A stretch of 53,852 nucleotides of DNA, the filler included, from Stramenopiles sp. TOSAG23-3 (lineage: Eukaryota), in NCBI GenBank assembly GCA_900128585.1. It is 4 parts of 4 records of this genome, joined end to end, with 100 filler letters (N's around TTAATTAATTAA, not from the genome) between each part and the next. Parts side by side here need not be neighbours in the genome. Positions count along the whole stretch, not along the records: positions 1 to 24,746 come from LT642300.1; positions 24,847 to 49,585 come from LT642301.1; 2 more parts are not named here. One strand, 5' to 3'. A program made the position numbers and the translations under genes. Positions 21,289-30,517 of the stretch are shown here, one piece after another (within the stretch, counting starts at the first letter, position 1; the number at the start of each line of letters is the position of its first letter). The notes beneath the pieces were generated by a model. The model did no database searches, was not told the DNA's origin, and saw nothing but the letters and a program-made list of their open reading frames with translations.

Positions 21289-24207
21289 ATGAGAAGCGCG
21301 GCAATTATTGCGTCAAGCTTGCTTGGGGTGGTGTTGGCCGATGCAGAAGTAAACTTACCGTGCGTAGTGCCGGGCACCATTTCAAATCTCCAATCCGTCC
21401 ATCAAATGCCGTCTGGCGTAACGTTCACGGACGTTGCATCGGAGCTGGGGTTCAATGAAAAGCAGTGCGTTACACGGACATCTCCCAACTGCATATTTCC
21501 GCAGTACGATAACAAGCTAAGGGCATGGGATGAGGGCGGATTCTGCATGGAGGAGACGTTGAGTGGAGGGGCGTGCGTCGGGGACGTAAACGCAGACGGG
21601 GTCGATGATATCTACTATCCAAGGCTGGACGGAAGCGACATTCTGTACCTTAACTTGGGCAATGGATCGTTTGTTGATGCAACAAAACAGTACGGTTTGC
21701 ACAACCCGAAGATAAGAAGCAACGGTTGCCACTTTTTAGATATTGAGAACGACGGGGACAATGACCTGTACGTCTCTACGCTGGGGGACGATAGATTCTA
21801 CCTGTTCGTTAATAATCTCAAAAACGATGACGGCGACGAGAAAACGAGTGAAAAGTTTACGGAAGAGGCGATAGAGCGGGGCCTTGGGAACATAAAGGCG
21901 GACTTCAAACTGACTGCAGGATTTACGATTGCGGTCGGAGACTACGACCTAGACGGGTATTTGGACATTTTGACTACGGAATGGCTCCCTTGGCTCGATG
22001 AAGTTGATACGTCCAACTGTGGAGTGAATGAGAATGGGCCATCCTGCCAGATCCAAATCGACGGCATCGACGATGCAGTAGAGTATTTCAAGCGCATGAA
22101 CGAGCGGCGAAGCGAGCATGCGGACCACACTTTAACGAACGCGAGGATGTTTCACAACTTGGGGACCGCTGGGACACCAGGGTTCTTCGAAGACGTGACG
22201 AAGCAGGCAAACGTCGCCCCCAAGTTCCGGTCTCAAGAGCGCAAGGGGACGTTCATGGGAGCAACATGCGCCCACATTAAAAAGGATGCACTGGTTAACA
22301 CGATGAACCTGCTTGGAGAAACTGTCGATAGCACAAAAGATACTGCATCGCTCCAAGACCAGTTTCGGACCCTGGTTGCGTTCTTCAAGGACGGAAAGCA
22401 AGGGCGTCGCCACATTGAGCACGGGAAAAGCCGGACGGACCCTTCGCAGTATGCTTACGTCCGAATTGGCAAGGGGGGGGCACTGAAAGACCCAGGAACG
22501 TTGACCGTCCGGGTGCGCTTGTTGGCGGACGAAACTTCGAGGGGGGAGAAAGCGCCGTCCCTCGATGTGGTTGCCAATTTGCGTGAAAATCCAACTTTGA
22601 AGCGGGGCCACTACGCCTGGAAAACAAAAGCTAACCAAAAGTCGTCCAACGTAGCTGTATTGAAAATGAACGTCGGGGGCTCGTATGGCAGAAACGTGTA
22701 CGTTGGCCTGAAATGCAACAACAAATCTGGCGGCGGCTGCGATGTGGACGTGTCCTTTCACCACCAGCCCAATTCCGTGCCGCCGCAGTGCCTAGGGCGA
22801 AAACCTCGGAAGAGCGTCGTGTACGTAGGAAGCTTCCACGTTGACCTCATTCAGCCGTGGGTCCAATCCGAAAAGTTCGTTTCCCACGTGACGCAAGAGA
22901 TGTTCGTGCTCAACTACACGGTGGAAGAAAGGCGGACGGTGGTTAAGAATTTGCTCAAATTCGCAGGTAAGCTGGACGATGAGCGTGTGGAAAAGATGAG
23001 CACGACGCAATCGCGGGTGCAAAGCGAAATGTCCCGCCTGCCCCAATCCGAGGGAATGAAGGCTATGGGCGACTTGCAAGGGCATGGGTCTGGCAAGCGA
23101 AAAATGAACCATGCGAGCAATTTCCCACTCGTCGGGGCGTTTCAATTCGCTGCTAAATTTGTGGACTTGGACGCGGACGGTTATCCTGAAATTGTTATCA
23201 GTGGCGATTTTGGAACCTCTCAACTCTACTGGAACCAGCGCGACGGGACGTTTGTGCCGGGGCACTTTCACCTGATCGAGGATCTGTTCGACAACAGCAT
23301 GGGGGCAACCGTCGGTGACTGGGACCTTGACGGGAGGCCGGACGTTATGTTCACTTCGGCGTCGATATCGGACTCTGACCTGCACAACTTAAACCAGGTG
23401 GCTGCAACTGCGGGGATGTTGCTTAGCTTTCGAGGGAACCATTTGTACCGTAACGTGGGGGGGCGAAAGTTCCAGGACGTGACGGATCACGCAGGGCTGC
23501 GAGAGAGTGGTTGGGGCTGGGGAGCGTTCCTGTTCGATTTTGACAATGACGGGGACCTTGATGCCTTGAACGGGAACGGCATGGACGACCATGAGACGAC
23601 CGATGACGATTGGGCGATCAACCAGAAGATGAAGCTGTACGTTAACCAAGGGAGGGATGAAAATTTCGCAATGGCAGACGAGGCCACCGCAAGGGGCATT
23701 GCCAGCTTGGACGAAAACCGTGCTGCGATGCCGTTCGATTTTGACGGGGACGGGGACTTGGATGTTTTTGTAGTAAACCACGGCGGCGTGCCCTCCTTGT
23801 TTCGTAACAATGGCGGGAACTATTACGATTTCCTTCGCGTTTACGTGTACGAAGAGTCTGGTAGGGAAAGCGTAGGGGCGAAGGTGTTTGTTTATCGTAC
23901 AGAAGAGGATTATCTGAGAAGAGGTGCGCGCCAAGGCGGCGACGGGCACGAGGAAGATGTTTTGTACCGTGAGATTGGGTCGACCGCGGCGTTTTTGGGG
24001 CAAGGGGAATCCCACGCCCACTTTGGGCTCGGAAAAATGGAGGCAGACGCTGTTTACGCAGTGCAAATTTTGTGGCCCCCTGTTCCGTCGTTTCCACAAG
24101 GTTCCCAGTCCCAGACCCACTTCAACGTGCCCATTCGAAGCACATTGAAGGTGCAAAGGGGGAGAAGTGGCGCTGGGGGGACGGGGGCGTTGCCCGTTTG
24201 TTCTTAA
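21289..24207 (+). CDS. Secreted CRTAC1-like FG-GAP/VCBS repeat protein with C-terminal ASPIC/UnbV domain
   Basis: Signal peptide; repeated DxDxDGxxD loops (GDVNADGVDD, GDYDLDGYLD, FDFDNDGDLD); GWGWG motif; C-terminal VGAKV..FLGQGESHAHFGLG..ILWP. Confidence 0.9.
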   Translation: MRSAAIIASSLLGVVLADAEVNLPCVVPGTISNLQSVHQMPSGVTFTDVASELGFNEKQCVTRTSPNCIFPQYDNKLRAWDEGGFCMEETLSGGACVGDVNADGVDDIYYPRLDGSDILYLNLGNGSFVDATKQYGLHNPKIRSNGCHFLDIENDGDNDLYVSTLGDDRFYLFVNNLKNDDGDEKTSEKFTEEAIERGLGNIKADFKLTAGFTIAVGDYDLDGYLDILTTEWLPWLDEVDTSNCGVNENGPSCQIQIDGIDDAVEYFKRMNERRSEHADHTLTNARMFHNLGTAGTPGFFEDVTKQANVAPKFRSQERKGTFMGATCAHIKKDALVNTMNLLGETVDSTKDTASLQDQFRTLVAFFKDGKQGRRHIEHGKSRTDPSQYAYVRIGKGGALKDPGTLTVRVRLLADETSRGEKAPSLDVVANLRENPTLKRGHYAWKTKANQKSSNVAVLKMNVGGSYGRNVYVGLKCNNKSGGGCDVDVSFHHQPNSVPPQCLGRKPRKSVVYVGSFHVDLIQPWVQSEKFVSHVTQEMFVLNYTVEERRTVVKNLLKFAGKLDDERVEKMSTTQSRVQSEMSRLPQSEGMKAMGDLQGHGSGKRKMNHASNFPLVGAFQFAAKFVDLDADGYPEIVISGDFGTSQLYWNQRDGTFVPGHFHLIEDLFDNSMGATVGDWDLDGRPDVMFTSASISDSDLHNLNQVAATAGMLLSFRGNHLYRNVGGRKFQDVTDHAGLRESGWGWGAFLFDFDNDGDLDALNGNGMDDHETTDDDWAINQKMKLYVNQGRDENFAMADEATARGIASLDENRAAMPFDFDGDGDLDVFVVNHGGVPSLFRNNGGNYYDFLRVYVYEESGRESVGAKVFVYRTEEDYLRRGARQGGDGHEEDVLYREIGSTAAFLGQGESHAHFGLGKMEADAVYAVQILWPPVPSFPQGSQSQTHFNVPIRSTLKVQRGRSGAGGTGALPVCS

Positions 24208-24411
24208 TTTTCAAAATGTGGGGTAGAAGCAATATCGTTGCATTTTATAGTAAGAATTACTACTTTTGTAGCTTTAAATCTTCGTAAGATATATATACAC
24301 ACATCACAGGCGGTGCAGGGATTTTTAAACTCTCTTTTTCTCCACGCCCATTGTCTGTGGCCCCCGGGTACTACGAACTTCGCAACACCTACGCCTGTTC
24401 TTTATTTTTTT

Positions 24412-24746
24412 TCACTTCTTCGCTTCCTTAACTGCTCCATAAGCGTTCTCGATCGATACGTGCACCATGTTCCCATTCTCAAACGATAAGCAAGAGACGG
24501 GATTGTTCGACTGAAAAGAGGAGGACTTGAACGATTTTATCGTCTCCACAATATTTTGAGACTGGTCGTTCAGTTTCAAAATATTTCGAACGTTTTCGTC
24601 TGCGATATTAAAAAGGCCGGAGTTGATTAAACTCTTTCGCTTCGCCGGTGCGGTTAACTCCCCCCCGGGACTTGCTCCTGTATCTTTTCTATAACATGCC
24701 AACTCTCTCAACTCAAAACGTCGCCAGTGTGGTGACGGTTGGGATA
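24412..24746 (-). CDS. 3' fragment of an unknown gene cut by the contig end
   Basis: The frame of the 99-aa ORF stays open up to the N gap; coding-like composition. Confidence 0.55.
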
Positions 24747-24846
24747 NNNNNNNNNNNNNNNNNNNNNNNNNNNNNNNNNNNNNNNNNNNNTTAATTAATT
24801 AANNNNNNNNNNNNNNNNNNNNNNNNNNNNNNNNNNNNNNNNNNNN
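24747..24846. other. Artificial contig linker
   Basis: 44 N + TTAATTAATTAA (stops in all six frames) + 44 N. Confidence 0.98.
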
Positions 24847-24848
24847 TT

Positions 24849-24904
<56 letters not shown>

Positions 24905-24906
24905 TC
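24847..24906. repeat. (TTTC)n microsatellite at the contig start
   Basis: Read directly from the sequence. Confidence 0.95.
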
Positions 24907-25564
24907 GACTCTTTCTTTCTTTCTTACTAGAATACATACTTATAATGTATATATAGTATTCTACTCGACTATATCATCCTATCAAAGAGAGAGAAGAAGA
25001 AAAAGAATGGATACTTATAATTTATAGATAGTATAAAACTGTACTTAAGATAAAGATAATTGAATGATTGTATACTTATATATTGTATAAAAGTCTTATT
25101 GATTACCTATATAACTTGTTGGAATGAGTTTGGACTTGAGAAAGAAGTTCAAAGTTCAAATACAAGGAGATAAGGAGGTGGGTTTCTGAAACGGTACTTT
25201 GATGATGTGAATGTATATTACTAATTGAGTCCAACAATATTCTTTTTATTTTCTATACTGCGGTTAATTAAATAGAAGGGATATATTATTATTTATATTT
25301 GATATTACATTTTTTTTTTTTTATTTATTCCAAAGCAGCGGTCCGTTTCTTCTTCGTCGTCATGATCGTCGCCACCATTGTTTTCCGTTTTGTACTGCCA
25401 TTCCTTTCCCACCCGAAATTGTCTTAGAGAGTTCAGTTCAACACAAATGCTGCGCTGTCTAGAGTACACATACGGCTAGAAGTATTCGACAGACTTTAGT
25501 TGGGGACGTTTCGGTTCGTTTGGTGTTTGGTAGCGCGTCCTCCTCTCCGCCCCCTCCCTCCTCG

Positions 25565-28040
25565 ATGTCGATCCTCAATCCGTCCCGAACGAAAGGGTCG
25601 TCGGAGTGGGAGGACACGTTGGAGTGTGACCAGGAGAACACGGGGAACACGTTGTCCCTGTACGATCGTTTCGGCGGGCGCCCCCGCCTGCTGGGGTCGG
25701 AGGGCATTATGCACCGTTTCGGGATGAAGCAGCCGCGGAAGAAAGGGTTTGGGAGGCAAGACATTTTTAAAAAGGGGGACACGGTCATGTTCCGGAGCGA
25801 GCTGTTCGAAAAGGTCGTGACGGGGGTGATCTGCGAAGATTCGAACCTGGTCCGGCGGTGGAACGGGAAGGCGTACTACAAAGTAGCCATCCACAAACGG
25901 TCGCGGTCGAACCCGATGAAGCAGAGCAGCAAGCCTCCGATTTTGGAAACGGTGGAGGCGAGCCTCATGGAGCTGAAGCACAAGTGGGAGCTCCGGGTGT
26001 CGCGGAACACGTTCAACAAACTGTTCCTGTACGGCAAGGCCCTGGCCCTGACGAAGTGGATCTACACGATCCACTGCGAGTGGCACGAGGAGGAGCGGCA
26101 GCGGTGCGCGACGATGATCCAGCGAAAGTGGAAGAACTACAAGAGCAACTTGATGGCCGCCCTGCACGCGGCCATGCGCGCGGAGGCCGCTCGGAAGCGG
26201 CGGGAGGCGGAGGCCGCGCGGTTGAAGGCCATCGAGGACGAGAAGAAGCGGATCGCGTTCGAGGCGTACGTTCGGGAGGTGGGCGTGACCCCGGACGGGG
26301 AGCACTACTTTTTGACCCGGCGGGAGATGCGGGTGTTTTTGCAGACGCGCGAGAAGGCGCTGAAGAAAGCGAAGCGTATTTTTTCTAGGATATGGCGCGG
26401 GGACATGCACCGGGTCTTGCACCTGGCCTGGGACCGGTGGATCGAGCTCCGGGACTTTCTCCGCGGGCACAAGGCGTTCGACCCGGTGGAGGAGTGGACG
26501 CTCTCCCACATCCCAGAGTACCGGGCCCGCATCTTGAAGGACCACGTGCCCCACCCGGCCCACGGGATCAAGATGCGTCCGATGGCGAGCACGGGGACGA
26601 AGGCCAGGAAGGACGGGTCCTTTCGAATCACGAGCATCGAACAGTTCCGAAAGTTCCAGACGAGCATGACGGGCCCGATCGACCAGAGCTGCTGGCTCAT
26701 CAAAGGGAAGCTCCTCGTCGGCGGCATCCCCGTGGGGATGGCAAAGGCGAACCGGGAAGGGGTGGGCGGGAAAGGGACGTGCGCGGCCGCGCTGATGAAC
26801 TACAAGGTCGGGGCGTACTTTTGCCTCTGCACGAAGGAGGAGCTGGCGGAGCTCCCGGAGGGGGGGGTTCACGAGGGACATCGACCGGAAGGCGAAGGAC
26901 CAGGTCCGCGTCTTTCGGAACACGCTCCGGATGCGGGAGGGCCGCATCCCCCAGATCGACAGCGACCTGAAGGAGATCCTGTACAAGCAAAAGATGTCGT
27001 CGGCGGACCGGAAGGCGGACTTCATCCCGGAGATCGAGAACAACCAGAAAATGCGGGAGAAGGCGATGGAGAGCATCGCAAAGGCGAAGGAGATGATCAA
27101 GGCGTGGCCGGAGTTTCCGGAGTACTACTACTACCCGATCGAGGGGCAAGAGGGCCTCCTCCCGCCGCAGCAGGTGAAGAAGATGTGCGAGCACATCGAG
27201 GCCAAGCTGAGGGGGGGGAACGTGTACGTGTTCAGCAAGACCGGGCACGGGCGCGCCGGGGTCCTGGGGGCCTGCCTCCTGGGGCGCCTCTACGGGTACA
27301 CGCAGGACGAGGCGCTGGTGCGGATGCAGCGCCTCCACGCGACGCGGGCGGACATGCAGTCCCGGATCGGGCACAGCCAGCGCGCGCGCATGGCCCCGAT
27401 CCAGTGCCCAAAATCGAAGAACCAACGGATGCTCGTTCGCGAGGTGCTGGCGATGAACGACGAGGTCTACCGGGCCACGGCGCGGTGCATGTCCCCGCGG
27501 GGCACCCAGGCCAGCCTGGCGTACAAAAACGCCGTCGAGAAGTCCATGGCCCCGTCGATGAGTGCGATCGGGTGGCCGGACCCGATCCCCGTGAAGAGCC
27601 CGGCCTTCAACTTTCCCCGGAAAGACTTTGTCGGGTTTATCTACGGGAGCCTGAGGAAGTGGAGGCGGGGAATGGGCGTTCCTATCCAAGAGAGCGAAGC
27701 GAAGCCGGTATGGTGGGAGGTTCGAGACAAGGAACTCAGCGACGCGAGAAAGCAGCGGTTCTTGGAGATCGAAAAGGCCCATGCGGCGGCCGTGCTCGGC
27801 CACCGCAGCGGCGCCGCGGGGTTGCCCGCGATCGGGATGCCCCCGCCGGACCGGGCGGCTGCCCGGGCAGAAGCAAAGCGCCGCGCAAAGGCACGGGCGC
27901 GGAAGAAGAAGTCGAAACAAAAGGGAAAAGGGAAAGAGAAGAAGAAGAAGAAGAAGAAGAAGGAAAAGAAGGAGGAGGAGGACGAGTACATGGACACCGA
28001 CGAAGAGAACGAGCCCGTCGCGGGAGGGTACCTGTTGTAG
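25565..28040 (+). CDS. IQ-motif/coiled-coil protein with a PTP/DSP-like (probable pseudo)phosphatase domain; +1 frameshift at G8 run 26860-26867
   Basis: First frame: ATMIQRKWKNYK (IQ-like), SCWLIKGKLLVGGIP, VGAYFCLCTKEEL. Second frame: GGFTRDIDRK..MREGR..YYYYPI..VYVFSKTGHGRAG..CPKSKNQR. Removing one G gives a continuous 824-aa ORF. Confidence 0.75.
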
Positions 28041-28262
28041 AGGAACGGTGGCGTTCTTGCGGGGGCTCTGGACGGTTTGTTCTTTCGTTAAAAAGCCACA
28101 CACATTCAATATATTTTGGGGTGTTGTGTGTGTTAAAATTTTTATTTTGAACGTACTCACAAGATGGTAAGAATTTCTCGCGCTGGTTAATAAAATATAA
28201 TTTGGTGTTTTTTTATATACAACCATATATTTGTTTCAAAAAGTACCGCCGTATCACCCCTC

Positions 28263-29105
28263 TCATGGCACACTCTGTCTGCGGCAAAGCATGGAGTCCG
28301 GGATAACCAGCAGGCCAGGGGCCATCAGTTTATATTGCAGTACCAAGGCGTGGAACCGTTCGCACAGTTCCATCTGCTTCTCGTACTTGGAAAACACCTC
28401 TTCGTGGTGAAACGCGGCGTGTGCTAAAATCCTATACAATCTCCGGCTCAGGGTGCAAAAGACCGGGAAGCCTTTGTTTTTCACCTGCTCCAACTCAGTG
28501 AATTGGTTGGGCGATTCCAGGACGCTGATGGCCCCGTCTAGTGTATGTTGGGAGTAATGCATGGCGCTGCACGATCGCGGCTTGGAGTGTGCCGCGCAGA
28601 CGAACTCCGCGTCTTGGACGGTCATTTTCGGGCACGTTTCCGACGTACAGACCTCTCTCATGCGTATGAGGAGCGAGTGGAGTTCCAAGAGTACCTGCCG
28701 CATTTGGTTGTATATCCATGCCTCTGGTGGCCCCGTGTAATCGTCCGGGGCTACCGCGATGTCCTTCGGGAGATGTTCCAACAATATCATGTCTTGGATG
28801 TAGTCCCTCACGGGCTGCTCCCCGGTACCGCAGAGCTGCCGTTTCGAAAGGGGCTTTTTCGATGCATGGAACGGAAGGAAGAGTTCCCGCCCTTTCAAGT
28901 TGTTCGTTTTAAACCTACTAATGATTTCTTCTTCCATCGATTCCGTCGAGGACGTCGAAGAAATGTTCAACAACGCGACCCCACCCTGAAATCCCTCGTT
29001 GTCGTCGTCGTCACCAACACCATTCCCATCATAGCCATTACAAAGGTCATCCTCATTATTCATCCCGCCCCCCACGACGGATGAATCCACAGCCATCGAC
29101 GTCAT
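28263..29105 (-). CDS. MOB4: MOB4/phocein-like protein
   Basis: WIYNQMRQVLLEL, CTSETCPKMT, FVCAAH.KPRSCSAMHYSQHTLDGA and RRLYRILAHAAFHH match the phocein pattern; first ATG MTSMAV. Confidence 0.88.
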   Translation of the reverse strand: MTSMAVDSSVVGGGMNNEDDLCNGYDGNGVGDDDDNEGFQGGVALLNISSTSSTESMEEEIISRFKTNNLKGRELFLPFHASKKPLSKRQLCGTGEQPVRDYIQDMILLEHLPKDIAVAPDDYTGPPEAWIYNQMRQVLLELHSLLIRMREVCTSETCPKMTVQDAEFVCAAHSKPRSCSAMHYSQHTLDGAISVLESPNQFTELEQVKNKGFPVFCTLSRRLYRILAHAAFHHEEVFSKYEKQMELCERFHALVLQYKLMAPGLLVIPDSMLCRRQSVP

Positions 29106-29340
29106 TTTGGCACGGAGCACACCAAGAGCCAAGATCGGTTTTAAAGGAACACCGAATCTAGGGAGGGGAAAACGACAGAAAGGCAGAAAGGGGGAAAAAA
29201 GAGAAAAATGTGCTCAAACATTCAGGACAACGTAACTTGGACAATCGAATCATTAATCATTGGAGTCTCAATGATCAATGATGTCATGTCAATCACGGAT
29301 TTAAATGTTCTTGTTCTTATGATACCTTCTTTTCGTATCT

Positions 29341-29429
29341 TCTCTTCTTCTCTTCTTCTTCTCTCAGAAAGAAAGAAAGAAAGAAAAGAAAGAAAGAAAG
29401 AAAGAAAGAAATCTAAAAGAGAAAGAAAA
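29341..29429. repeat. CTT tract followed by (GAAA)n tract
   Basis: Read directly from the sequence. Confidence 0.85.
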
Positions 29430-30517
29430 CCCGCGAAATGACACTGACCAATTTAAATAGGGGAAATAATTACATTAGTATACCAAGTTATATACTTATA
29501 TTATATATTTATATATTTTTGATTACTATACTTGAATGGTAAATAAACATAGTGTGACACCGTTGTACCGATCAAATAGGATAAACAAACTCATGTTTGA
29601 TATTATGATTATATAATATGAAATATTTCATAATATACAAATGTTGCCTATTACTTTTTTTTTAAGTACGACAATCAATGCAAATGATATATGTACTTGA
29701 AAGATATAATTAGATAGTCATGTAGAATATTTACTATCAAATTTGATAAAAAAACTCCGTTTCAACTTTGTGATTATATAAATAAAAAGTATTTATTTAT
29801 GTACAAATTGTTGCTATAAATATTATACCAAATCATATATAACATTACACAGCATTTTGTATCAAAGGATATTGAATATGTTACTATGGTCACAGCATAG
29901 GTTATCTATATTTAACATATGAATAATGAATGTGCTGTGTTTATGTAAATGAGAAAAACGGACAAAAATCAAAAAATGGATTTTGAGTTGCAATCGAAAG
30001 AAGCCAAAGTTAGTTTGACACATTAAACGTGTGCATTCTCTTATTGTAAATCATGCTTTGATTGTTTAAAGATTTGTTAACAACTGAGTTGAATTAAATA
30101 TTTGTTTCATTTTATTTTGTAAAAAGTTTTAAAAAATTGAAGTTTGATGAAAAAAGTGTTTTTTCTTTCATTTTTTTTCGTTGGAAAGTTGGAATTTTTG
30201 TTTTTTGTATCAAAGAAGGAATGTATAAATATATAAAGGTATAAAGTAATGAGAAGAAGAAAAAAAAAAGGAGAATGAATGCAAATGCAATGTTTGAGAA
30301 GAAATAAAAGTCGAAAGGATTACTGTGATATAGCCTTTATCTCTTTCGAACCGATCGTAGAACTCTCTCTCTTAGTAATCACTCGGCTTTCTGTCTGTCC
30401 TGTCCGTCCGCCCGGCCGTGCTCGATTAACGTTCTGTTGTGGGGGGTATTGCCGTTTCCTTTCGTTTTCGCTTTCGCTCTCGCTTTCTTTCGTTCGCTCG
30501 TACGTTTTCTTACCACG

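Noticed and set aside
26815-26836. 22-nt GT-AG segment that could repair the phosphatase frameshift
   Set aside because: It would delete YFCLCTKEEL, which fits the domain consensus; the G8 run is a simpler explanation.
26868-28150. G/R/P-rich C-terminal half of the 876-aa ORF
   Set aside because: Out-of-frame read-through after the G8 shift; the real domain continues in the 26931-28040 frame.
29441-30300. Long very AT-rich stretch as a diatom-type centromere
   Set aside because: Most divergent spacers here are similarly AT-rich, so nothing singles this one out.
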